Shown: positions 1 to 16,200 of the stretch, piece by piece
Numbering within the stretch: position 1 is the first letter of the stretch
Layout: every line of letters begins with the position of its first letter
From: Eledone cirrhosa
Lineage: Eukaryota
NCBI GenBank assembly: GCA_964016885.1
Contig: OZ024741.1
Location: 213,590,001-213,654,000 of the forward strand
Length of the DNA stretch: 64,000 bases
Direction of reading: 5' to 3'
Notes under the pieces: generated by a model
What the model saw: the letters and a program-made list of their open reading frames with translations, nothing else
Told to the model about the DNA's origin: nothing
Databases searched by the model: none
Position numbers and translations under genes: made by a program

Positions 1-829
1 TATCACCAACACTACCATCACTATCACCAACACTACCATCACTATCACCAACACTGCCATCACTATCACCAACACAACCATCACTATCACCAACACTACC
101 ATCACTATCACCAACACTACCATCACTATCACCAACACTACCATCACTATCACCAACATTACCACCACTATCACCAACACTACCATCACTATCACCAACA
201 CTACCATCACTATCACCAACACTGCCATCACTATCACCAACACAACCATCACTATCACCAACACTACCATCACTATCACCAACACTACCATCACTATCAC
301 CAACACTACCATCACTATCACCAACATTACCACCACTATCACCAACACTACCATCACTATCACCAACACTACCATCACTATCACCAAAACTGCCATCACT
401 ATCACCAACACAACCATCACTATCACCAACACTACCATCACTATCACCAACACTGCCATCACTATCACCAACACAACCATCACTATCACCAACACTACCA
501 TCACTATCACCAACATTACCACCACTATCACCAACACTACCATCACTATCACCAACACTACCATCACTTTGACCAACACTGCCCTCACTATCACCAACAC
601 AACCATCACTATCACCAACACTACCATCACTATCACCAACACTACCATCACTATCACCAACACTACCATCACTATCACCAACATTACCACCACTATCACC
701 AACACTACCATCACTATCACCAACACTACCATCACTATCACCAACACTGCCATCACTATCACCAACACAACCATCACTATCACCAACACTACCATCACTA
801 TCACCAACATTACCACCACTATCACCAAC

Positions 830-3800
830 ACTACCATCACTATCACCAACATTACCATCACTATCACCAACATTACCATCATTATCACCAACAACACTAC
901 CATCACTATCACCAACACTACCATCACTATCACCAACATTACCATCACTGTCAACAACATTACCATCACAAACACCAACATTACCATCACTATCACCAAC
1001 ACTACCATCACTATCACCAACATTACCATCACTATCACCAACATTACCATCACTATCACCAACACTACCATCACTATCACCAACACTACCATCACTATCA
1101 CCAACATTACCATCACTATCACCAACACTACCATCACTATCACCAACATTACCATCACTATCACCTACACTACCATCACTATCACCAACATTACCATCAC
1201 TATCACCAATACTACCATCACTATCACCAACATTACCATCACTATCACTACCATCACTATCACCAACATTACCATCACTATCACCAACATTACCATCACT
1301 ATCACCAACACTACCCATCACTATCACCAACACTACCATCACTATCACCAACACTACCATCACTATCACCAACACTACCATCACTATCACCAACACTACC
1401 ATCATTATCACCAACATTACCATCTCTATCACCAACATTACCATCACTATCACCAACATTACCATCACTATCACCAACACTACCCATCACTATCACCAAC
1501 ACTACCATCACTATCACCAACACTACCATCACTATCACCAACACTACCATCACTATCACCAACACTACCATCACTATCACCAACATTACCATCTCTATCA
1601 CCAACACTACCATCACTAACACCAACACTACCATCACTATCACCAACACTACCATCACTATCACCAACATTAACATCTCTATCACTAACACTACCATCAC
1701 TATCACCAACACTACCATCACTATCACCAACATTACCATCACTATCACCAACACTACCCATCACTATCACCAACACTACCATCACTATCACCAACACTAC
1801 CATCACTATCACCAACATTACCATCACTATCACCAACATTACCATCACTATCACCAACATTACCATCTCTATCACCAACACTTCCATCACTATCACCAAC
1901 ACTACCATCACTATCACCAACACTACCATCACTATCACCAGCACTACCATCACTATCACCAACATTACCATCACTATCACCAACATTACCATCACTATCA
2001 CCAACACTACCATCACTATCACCAACACTACCATCACTATCACCAGCACTACTATCACTATCACCAACATTACCATCACTATCACCAACACTACCATCAC
2101 TATCACCAGCACTACCATCACTTTCACCAACATTACCATCACTACCACCAACACTACCATCACTATCACCAACATTACCATCTCTATCACCAACACTACC
2201 ATCACTAACACCAACACTACCATCACTATCACCAACACTACCATCACTATCACCAACATTAACATCTCTATCACCAACACTACCATCACTATCACCAACA
2301 CTACCATCACTATCACCAACATTACCATCACTATCACCAACATTACCATCACTATCACCAACACTACCATCACTATCACCAACATTACCAGCACTATCAC
2401 CAACACTACCATCACTATCACCAACATTACCATCACTATCACCAACACTACCCATCACTATCACCAACACTACCATCACTATCACCAACACTACCATCAC
2501 TATCACCAACATTACCATCACTATCACCAACATTACCATCACTATCACCGACATTACCATCTCTATCACCAACACTTCCATCACTATCACCAACACTACC
2601 ATCACTATCACCAACACTACCATCACTATCACCAACATTACCATCACTATCACCAACATTACCATCACTATCACCAACATTACCATCACTACCACCAACA
2701 CTACCATCACTATCACCAACACTACCATCACTATCACCAACATTACCATCACCATCACAACACTACCATCACTATCACCAACACTACCATCACTATCACC
2801 AACACTACCATCACTATCACCAACATTACCATCACTATCACCAACATTACCATCACTATCACCAACACTACCATCACTATCACCAACACTACCATCACTA
2901 TCACCAGCACTACCATCACTATCACCAACATTACCATCACTATCACCAACATTACCATCACTATCACCAACACTACCATCACTATCACCAACACTACCAT
3001 CACTATCACCAGCACTACCATCACTATCACCAACATTACCATCACTATCACCAACACTACCATCACTATCACCAGCACTACCATCACTTTCACCAACATT
3101 ACCATCACTACCACCAACACTACCATCACTATCACCAACACTACCATCACTATCACCAACACTACCTATCACTATCACCAACACTACCATCACTATCACC
3201 AACACTACCATCACTATCACCAACATTAACGTCACTATCACCAACACTACCATCACTATCACCAACATTATCATCACTATCACCAACACTACCATCACTA
3301 TCACCAACACAACCATCACTATCACCAACACTACCATCACTATCACCAACACTACCATTACTATCACCAACACTGCCATCACTATCACCAACACAACCAT
3401 CACTATCACCAACACTACCATCACTTTCACCAACATTACCATCACTACCACCAACACTACCATCACTATCACCAACACTACCATCACTATCACCAACACT
3501 ACCTATCACTATCACCAACACTACCATCACTATCACCAACACTACCATCACTATCACCAACATTAACGTCACTATCACCAACACTACCATCACTATCACC
3601 AACATTATCATCACTATCACCAACACTACCATCACTATCACCAACACAACCATCACTATCACCAACACTACCATCACTATCACCAACACAACCATCACTA
3701 TCACCAACACTACCATCACTATCACCAACACTACCATAACTATCACCAACATTACCACCACTATCACCAACACTACCATCACTATCACCAACACTACCAT

Positions 3801-6800
3801 CACTATCACCAACACTGCCATCACAATCACCAACACAACCATCACTATCACCAACATTACCATCACTATCACCAACACAACCATCACTATCACCAACACA
3901 ACCATCACTATCACCAACACTACCACCACTATCACCAACACTACCATCACTATCACCAACACTGCCATCACTATCACCAACACAACCATCACTATCACCA
4001 ACACTACCATCAATATCACCAACACTACCATCACTATCACCAACACTGCCATCACTATGACCAACATTAACGTCACTATCACCAACATTACCATCACTAT
4101 CACCAACATTACCATCACTATCACCAACACTACCATCACTATCACCAACATTAACGTCACTATCACCAATATTACCATCACTATCACCAACACTACCATC
4201 ACTATCACCAACATTAACGTCACTATCACCAACATTACCATCACTATCACCAACATTACCATCACTATCACCAACATTACCATCACTATCACCAACAACA
4301 CTACCATCACTATCACCAACACTACCATCACTATCACCAACATTACCATCACTATCAACAACATTACCATCACAAACACCAACATTACCATCACTATCAG
4401 CAACACTACCATCACCATCACCAACATTACCATCACTATCACCAACATTACCATCACTATCACCAACACTACCATCACTATCACCAACACTACCATCACT
4501 ATCACCAACATTACCATCACTATCACCAACACTACCATCACTATCACCAACATTACCATCACTATCACCTACACTACCATCACTATCACCAACATTACCA
4601 TCACTATCACCAACACTACCATCACTATCACCGACATTACCATCACTATCACTACCATCACTATCACCAACATTACCATCACTATCACCAACATTACCAT
4701 CACTATCACCAACACTACCCATCATTATCACCAACACTACCATAACTATCACCAACACTACCATCACTATCACCAACATTGCCATCACTATCACCAACAT
4801 TACCATCACTATCACCAACACTACCATCACTATCACCAACATTACCATCACTATCACCAACACTACCATCACTATCACCAACATTACCATCACTATCACC
4901 AACACTACCATCACTATCACCAACATTACCAGCACTATCACCAACACTACCATCACTATCACCAACATTACCATCACTATCACCAACACTACCCATCACT
5001 ATCACCAACACTACCATCACTATCACCAACACTACCATCACTATCACCAACATTACCATCACTATCACCAACATTACCATCACTATCACCAACATTACCA
5101 TCACTACCACCAACACTACCATCACTATCACCAACACTACCATCACTATCACCAACATTACCATCACTATCACCAACACTACCATCACTATCACCAACAC
5201 TACCATCACTATCACCAACACTACCATCACTATCACCAACATTACCATCACTATCACCAACATTACCATCACTATCACCAACACTACCATCACTATCACC
5301 AACACTACCATCACTATCACCAGCACTACCATCACTATCACCAACATTACCATCACTATCACCAACATTACCATCACTATCACCAACACTACCATCACTA
5401 TCACCAACACTACCATCACTATCACCAGCACTACCATCACTATCACCAACATTACCATCACTATCACCAACACTACCTATCACTATCACCAACACTACCA
5501 TCACTATCACCAACACTACCATCACTATCACCAACATTAACGTCACTATCACCAACACTACCATCACTATCACCAACATTACCAGCACTATCACCAACAC
5601 TACCATCACTATCACCAACACAACCATCACTATCACCAACATTACCACCACTATCACCAACACTACCATCACTATCACCAACACTGCCATCACTATCACC
5701 AACACAACCATCACTATCACCAACACTACCATCACTATCACCATCATTACCACCACTATCACCAACACTACCATCACTATCACCAACACTACCATCACTA
5801 TCACCAACACTGCCATCACTATCACCAACACAACCATCACTATCACCAACACTACCATCACTATCACCAACACTACCATCACTATCACCAACACTACCAT
5901 AACTATCACCAACATTACCACCACTATCACCAACACTACCATCACTATCACCAACACTACCATCACTATCACCAACACTGCCATCACTATCACCAACACA
6001 ACCAACACTATCACCAACACTACCATCACTATCACCAATACTGCCATCCCTATCACCAACACTGCCATCACTATCACCAACACAACCATCACTATCACCA
6101 ACACAACCATCACTATCACCAACACTACCACCACTATCACCAACACTACCATCACTATCACCAACACTGCCATCACTATCACCAACACAACCATCACTAT
6201 CACCAACACTACCATCAACATCACCAACACTACCATCACTATCACCAACACTACCATCACTATGACCAACATTAACGTCACTATCACCAACATTACCATC
6301 ACTATCACCAACATTACCATCACTATCACCAACACTACCATCACTATCACCGACATTAACGTCACTATCACCAATATTACCATCACTATCACCAACACTA
6401 CCATCACTACCACCAACATTAACGTCACTATCACCAACATTACCATCACTATCACCAACATTACCATCACTATCACCAACATTACCATCACTATCACCAA
6501 CAACACTACCATCACTATCACCAACACTACCATCACTATCACCAACATTACCATCACTATCAACAACATTACCATCACAAACACCAACATTACCATCACT
6601 ATCACCAACACTACCATCACCATCACCAACATTACCATCACTATCACCAACATTACCATCACTATCACCAACACTACCATCACTATCACCAACACTACCA
6701 TCACTATCACCAACATTACCATCACTATCACCAACACTACCATCACTATCACCAACATTACCATCACTATCACCTACACTACCATCACTATCACCAACAT

Positions 6801-6930
6801 TACCATCACTATCACCAACACTACCATCACTATCACCGATATTACCATCACTATCACTACCATCACTATCACCAACATTACCATCACTATCACCAACATT
6901 ACCATCACTATCACCAACACTACCCATCAT
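830..6930 (+). repeat. Three copies of a ~0.5-kb variant block (~830-1320, ~4235-4725, ~6440-6930); the last two share a longer flank at offset 2205 bp
   Basis: Marker acaaacacc at 968, 4372 and 6577. +1 C monomers at 1311, 4715 and 6920 (offsets 3404 and 2205). atgaccaacattaacgtc at 4057 and 6262. Confidence 0.85.
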
Positions 6931-9900
6931 TATCACCAACACTACCATTACTATCACCAACATTACCATCACTATCACTACCATCACTATCACCAACATT
7001 ACCATCACTATCACCAACATTACCATCACTATCACCAACATTACCATCACTATCACCAACACTACCATCACTATCACCAACATTACCATCACTATCACCA
7101 ACACTACCATCACTATCACCAACACTACCATCACTATCACCAACACTAACATCACTATCACCAACACTACCATCACTATCACCAACACTACCATCACTAT
7201 CACCAACATTACCATCACTATCACCAACATTACCATCACTATCACCAACATTACCATCACTACCACCAACACTACCATCACTATCACCAACACTACCATC
7301 ACTATCACCAACATTACCATCACTATCACCAACATTACCATCACTATCACCAACATTACCATCACTATCACCAACACTACCATCACTATCACCAACATTA
7401 CCATCACTATCACCAACACTACCATCACTATCACCAACATTACCAGCACTATCACCAACACTACCATCACTATCACCAACATTACCATCACTATCACCAA
7501 CACTACCCATCACTATCACCAACACTACCATCACTATCACCAACACTACCATCACTATCACCAACATTACCATCACTATCACCAACATTACCATCACTAT
7601 CACCAACATTACCATCTCTATCACCAACACTTCCATCACTATCACCAACACTACCATCACTATCACCAACACTACCATCACTATCACCAACATTACCATC
7701 ACTATCACCAACATTACCATCACTATCACCAACATTACCATCACTACCACCAACACTACCATCACCATCACCAACACTACCATCACTATCACCAACATTA
7801 CCATCACCATCACCAACACTACCATCACTATCACCAACACTACCATCACTATCACCAACACTACGATCACTATCACCAACACTACCATCACTATCACCAA
7901 CATTACCATCACTATCACCAACACTACCATCACTATCACCAACACTACCATCACTATCACCAGCACTACCATCACTATCACCAACATTACCATCACTATC
8001 ACCAACATTACCATCACTATCACCAACACTACCATCACTATCACCAACACTACCATCACTATCACCAGCACTACCATCACTATCACCAACATTACCATCA
8101 CTATCACCAACACTACCATCACTATCACCAGCACTACCATCACTTTCACCAACATTACCATCACTACCACCAACACTACCATCACTATCACCAACACTAC
8201 CATCACTATCACCAACACTACCTATCACTATCACCAACACTACCATCACTATCACCAACACTACCATCACTATCACCAACATTAACGTCACTATCACCAA
8301 CACTACCATCACTATCACCAACATTATCATCACTATCACCAACACTACCATCACTATCACCAACACAACCATCAGTATCACCAACATTACCACCACTATC
8401 ACCAACACTACCATCACTATCACCAACACTGCCATCACTATCACCAACACAACCATCACTATCACCAACACTACCATCACTATCACCATCATTACCACCA
8501 CTATCACCAACACTACCATCACTATCACCAACACTACCATCACTATCACCAACACTGCCATCACTATCACCAACACAACCATCACTATCACCAACACTAC
8601 CATCACTATCACCAACACTACCATCACTATCACCAACACTACCATAACTATCACCAACATTACCACCACTATCACCAACACTACCATCACTATCACCAAC
8701 ACTACCATCACTATCACCAACACTGCCATCACAATCACCAACACAACCATCACTATCACCAACACTACCATCACTATCACCAACACTGCCATCACTATCA
8801 CCAACACAACCATCACTATCACCAACACTACCATCACTATCACCAATACTACCATCCCTATCACCATCACTGCCATCACTATCACCAACACAACCATCAC
8901 TATCACCAACATTACCATCACTATCACCAACACTACCATCACTATCACCAACATTAACGTCACTATCACCAATATTACCATCACTATCACCAACACTACC
9001 ATCACTATCACCAACATTAACGTCACTATCACCAACATTACCATCACTATCACCAACATTACCATCACTATCACCAACACTACCATCACTATCACCAACA
9101 CTACCATCACTATCACCAACATTACCATCACTATCACCAACATTACCATCACTATCACCGTCATTACCATCACTATCACCAACATTAACATCACTATCAC
9201 CAACACTATCATCACTATCACTATCACTACCATCATTATCAACAACATTACCATCACTATCACCAAGATTAACATCACTATCACCAACACTACCATCACT
9301 ACCACCAACATTACCATCACTATCACCAAGATTAACATCACTATCACCAACATTACCATCACTATCACCAACACTACCATCACTATCACCAACACTACCA
9401 TCACTATCACCAACACTACCATCACTATCACCAGCACTAACATCACTATCACCAACATTACCATCACTATCACCATCATTACCATCACTATCACCAACAT
9501 TACCATCACTATCACCAACACTACCATCACTATCACAAACACTACCATCACTATCACCAACATTACCATCACTATCACCAACACTACCATCACTAACACC
9601 AACATTACCATCACTATCACCAACATTACCATCAATATCACCAACATTACCATCACTATCAACAACACTACCATCACTATCACCGACATTACCATCACTA
9701 TCACCAACACTACCATCACTATCACCAAAACTACCATCACTATCACTAACGCTACCATCACTATCACCAACACTACCATCACTTTCACCAACTTTACCAT
9801 CACTATCACCAACACTTCCATCACTATCACCAACATTACCATCACTATCACCAACATTACCATCACTATCACCAAAACTACCATCACTATCACCAGCACT

Positions 9901-10799
9901 ACCATCACTATCACCAACATTACCATCACTATCACCAACACTACCATCACTATCACCAACATTACCATCACTATCACCAACTTTACCATCACTATCACCA
10001 ACACTTCCATCACTATCACCAACACTACACACACTATCACCAACATTACCATCGCTATCACCAACATTACCATCACTATCACCAAAACTACCATCACTAT
10101 CACCAAGATTACCATCACTATCACCAACACTACCATCACTATCACTAACGCTACCATCACTATCACCAACATTACCATCACTATCACCAAAACTACCATC
10201 ACTATCACTAACGCTACCATCACTATCACCAACATTACCATCACTATCACCAACATTACCATCACAATCAGCAACTTTACCATCACTATCACCAACACTT
10301 CCATCACTATCACCAACATTTCCATCACTATCACCAACACTACCACCACTATCACCAACATTACCATCACTATCACCAACATTACCACCTTTATCACCAA
10401 CACTACCATCACTATCACTACCGCTACCATCACTATCACCAACATTACCATCAATATCACCAAAACTACCATCACTATCACTAACGCTACCATCACTATC
10501 ACCAACATTACCATCACAATCACCAACTTTACCATCACTATCACCAACACTTCCATCACTATCACCAACACTACCACCACTATCACCAACATTACCATCA
10601 CTATCACCAACATTACCACCATTATCACCAACACTACCATCACTATCACCAACACTACCATCACTATCACCAACACTACCATCACTATCACCAACACTAC
10701 CATCACTATCACCAACATTACCGTCACTATCACCAACACTACCATCACTATCACCAACACTACCATCACTATCACCAACACTACCATCTCTATCACCAA

Positions 10800-13700
10800 C
10801 ACTACCCATCACTATCACCAACACTACCATCACTATCACCAACATTACCATCAATATCACCAACACTACCATCACTATCACCAACACTACCATCACTATC
10901 ACCGACACTACCCATCGCTATCACCAACACTACCATCACTATCACCAACAACACTACCATCACTATCACCAACATTACCATCACTATCACCAACATTACC
11001 ATCAATATCACCAACATTACCATCACTATCAACAACACTACCATCACTATCACCAACACTACCATCACTATCACCAACACTACCATCACTATCTCCAACA
11101 CTACCATCACTATCACCAACACTGCCATCACTATCACCAACATTAACATCACTATCACCAACATTACCATCACTATCACCAACACTACCATCACTATCAC
11201 CAACACTACCACCACTATCACCAACACTACCATCACTATCACCAGCACTAACATCACTATCACCAACATTACCATCACTATCACCATCATTACCATCACT
11301 ATCACCAACATTACCATCACTATCACCAACACTACCATCACTATCACCAACATTACCATCACTATCACCAACACTACCATCACTAACACCAACATTACCA
11401 TCACTATCACCAACATTACCATCAATATCACCAACATTACCATCACTATCACCAACACTACCATCACTATCACCGACATTACCATCACTATCACCAACAC
11501 TACCATCACTATCACCACAACTACCATCACTATCACCAACATTACCATCACTATCACCAACACTACTATCACTATCACCAACATTACCATCACTATCACC
11601 AAAACTACCATCACTATCACCAACACTTCCATCACTATCACCAACACTTCCATCACTATCACCAACATTACCATCACTATCACCAACACTACCATCACTA
11701 TCACCAAAACTACCATCACTATCACCAACACTACCATCACTATCACCAACACTACCATCACTATCACCTACACTACCATCACTATCACCAACATTACCAT
11801 CACTATCACCAACACTACCATCACTATCACCAACATTACCATCACTATCACCATAACTACCATCACTATCACCAACACTACCATCACTATCACCAACATT
11901 ACCATCACTATCACCAAAACTACCATCACTATCACCAACGCTACCATCACTATCACCAACATTACCATCGCTATCACCAACATTACCATCACTATCACCA
12001 AAACTACCATCACTATCACCAACATTACCATCACTATCACCAACACTACCATCACTATCACTACCGCTACCATCACTATCACCAACATTACCATCACTAT
12101 CACCAAAACTACCATCACTATCACTAACGCTACCATCACTATCACCAACATTACCATCACTATCACCAACACTTCCATCACTATCACCAACACTACCACC
12201 ACTATCACCAACATTACCACCATTATCACCAACACTACCATCACTATCACCAACACTACCATCACTATCACCAACACTACCATCACTATCACCAACACTA
12301 CCATCACTATCACTAACGCTACCATCACTATCACCAACATTACCATCACTATCACCAACACTACCATCACTATCACTAACGCTACCATCACTATCACCAA
12401 CATTACCATCACTATAACCAACACTACCATCACTATCACCAACATTACCATCACTATCACCAACACTACCATCACTATCACCAACACTACCATCACTATC
12501 ACCAACACTACCATAACTATCACCAACACTACCATCACTATGACCAACACTACCATCACTATCACCAACACTTCCATCACTATGACCAACATTACCATCA
12601 CTATCACCAACATTACCATCACTATCACCAACATTACCATCACTATCACCAACACTACCATCTCTATCACCAACACTACCCATCACTATCACCAACACTA
12701 CCATCACTATCACCAACATTACCATCAATATCACCAACACTACCATCACTATCACCAACACTACCATCACTATCACCGACACTACCCATCGCTATCACCA
12801 ACACTACCATCACTATCACCAACAACACTACCATCACTATCACCAACATTACCATCACTATCACCAACATTACCATCAATATCACCAACATTACCATCAC
12901 TATCAACAACACTACCATCACTATCACCAACACTACCATCACTATCACCAACACTACCATCACTATCTCCAACACTACCATCACTATCACCAACACTGCC
13001 ATCACTATCACCAACATTAACATCACTATCACCAACATTACCATCACTATCACCAACACTACCATCACTATCACCAACACTACCACCACTATCACCAACA
13101 CTACCATCACTATCACCAGCACTAACATCACTATCACCAACATTACCATCACTATCACCATCATTACCATCACTATCACCAACATTACCATCACTATCAC
13201 CAACACTACCATCACTATCACCAACATTACCATCACTATCACCAACACTACCATCACTAACACCAACATTACCATCACTATCACCAACATTACCATCAAT
13301 ATCACCAACATTACCATCACTATCACCAACACTACCATCACTATCACCGACATTACCATCACTATCACCAACACTACCATCACTATCACCACAACTACCA
13401 TCACTATCACCAACATTACCATCACTATCACCAACACTACTATCACTATCACCAACATTACCATCACTATCACCAAAACTACCATCACTATCACCAACAC
13501 TTCCATCACTATCACCAACACTTCCATCACTATCACCAACATTACCATCACTATCACCAACACTACCATCACTATCACCAAAACTACCATCACTATCACC
13601 AACACTACCATCACTATCACCAACACTACCATCACTATCACCTACACTACCATCACTATCACCAACATTACCATCACTATCACCAACACTACCATCACTA

Positions 13701-14500
13701 TCACCAACATTACCATCACTATCACCATAACTACCATCACTATCACCAACACTACCATCACTATCACCAACATTACCATCACTATCACCAAAACTACCAT
13801 CACTATCACCAACGCTACCATCACTATCACCAACATTACCATCGCTATCACCAACATTACCATCACTATCACCAAAACTACCATCACTATCACCAACATT
13901 ACCATCACTATCACCAACACTACCATCACTATCACTACCGCTACCATCACTATCACCAACATTACCATCACTATCACCAAAACTACCATCACTATCACTA
14001 ACGCTACCATCACTATCACCAACATTACCATCACTATCACCAACACTTCCATCACTATCACCAACACTACCACCACTATCACCAACATTACCACCATTAT
14101 CACCAACACTACCATCACTATCACCAACACTACCATCACTATCACCAACACTACCATCACTATCACCAACACTACCATCACTATCACTAACGCTACCATC
14201 ACTATCACCAACATTACCATCACTATCACCAACACTACCATCACTATCACTAACGCTACCATCACTATCACCAACATTACCATCACTATAACCAACACTA
14301 CCATCACTATCACCAACATTACCATCACTATCACCAACACTACCATCACTATCACCAACACTACCATCACTATCACCAACACTACCATAACTATCACCAA
14401 CACTACCATCACTATGACCAACACTACCATCACTATCACCAACACTTCCATCACTATGACCAACATTACCATCACTATCACCAACATTACCATCACTATC
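10800..14500 (+). repeat. Higher-order tandem duplication, 1874-bp unit (89 monomers + 5 bp)
   Basis: Frameshift pairs at 10802/10908 and 12676/12782. atctcc at 11091 and 12965. atg at 12540 and 14414. The 321-aa ORF-track translations at 10802..11767 and 12676..13641 are identical. Confidence 0.93.
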
Positions 14501-14799
14501 ACCAACATTACCATCACTATAACCAACACTACCATCACTATCACCAACATTACCATCACTATCACCAACATTACCATCACTATCACCAACATCACCATCA
14601 CTATCACCAACATTACCATCACTATCACCAACATTACCATCACTATCACCAACATTACCTTCACTATAACCAACACTACCATCACTATCACCAACATTAC
14701 CATCACTATCACCAACACTACCATCACTATCACCAACATCACCATCACTATCACCAACATTACCATCACTATCACCAACACTACCATCACCATCACCAA

Positions 14800-16200
14800 C
14801 ACTACCATCACTATCACCAACATTACCATCACTATCACCAACACCACCATCACAATCACCAACACTACCATCACTATCACCAACACTTCCATCACTATGA
14901 CCAACATTACCATCACTATCACCAACATTACCATCACTATCACCAACATTACCATCACTATAACCAACACTACCATCACTATCACCAACATTACCATCAC
15001 TATCACCAACACTACCATCACTATCACCAACACTACCATCACTATCACCAACAATTCCATCACTATGACCAACATTACCATCACTATCACCAACATTACC
15101 ATCACTATCACCAATATTACCATCAATATAACCAACACTACCATCACTATCACCAACATTACCGTCACTATCACCAACACTACCATCACTATCACCAACA
15201 CTACCATCACTATCACCAACACTTCCATCACTATGACCAACATTACCATCACTATCACCAACATTACCATCACTATCACCAACATTACCATCACTATCAC
15301 CAACATTACCATCACTATCACCAACACTACCATCACTATCACCAACACTACCATCACTATCACCAACACTATCATCACTATCACTAACGCTACCATCACT
15401 ATCACCAACATTACCATCACTATCACTAACGCTACCATCACTATCACCAACACTACCATCACTATCACCAACACTACCATCACTATCACCAACACTACCA
15501 TCACTATCACCAACACTTCCATCACTATGACCAACATTTCCATCACTATCACCAACATTACCATCACTATCACCAACATTACCATCACTATAACCAACAC
15601 TACCATCACTATCACCAACATTACCATCACTATCACCAACATTACCATCACTATCACCAACATTACCATCACTATCACCAACATTACCATCACTATCACC
15701 AACACTACCATCACTATCACCAACACTACCATCACTATCACCAACATTACCATCACTATCACCAACACCACCATCACAATCACCAACACTACCATCACTA
15801 TCACCAACACTTCCATCACTATGACCAACATTACCATCACTATCACCAACATTACCATCACTATCACCAACATTACCATCACTATAACCAACACTACCAT
15901 CACTATCACCAACATTACCATCACTATCACCAACACTACCATCACTATCACCAACACTACCATCACTATCACCAACAATTCCATCACTATGACCAACATT
16001 ACCATCACTATCACCAACATTACCATCACTATCACCAATATTACCATCACTATAACCAACACTACCATCACTATCACCAACATTACCATCACTATCACCA
16101 ACACTACCTTCACTATCACCAACACTACCATCACTATCACCAACACTTCCATCACTATGACCAACATTACCATCACTATCACCAACATTACCATCACTAT
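14800..16200 (+). repeat. Local higher-order repeat: 8-monomer (168-bp) module inside a 924-bp (44-monomer) duplication
   Basis: The tcc...atg variant monomer has its atg at 14897, 15065, 15233, 15527, 15821, 15989 and 16157 (spacings 168, 168, 294, 294, 168, 168). Confidence 0.85.
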
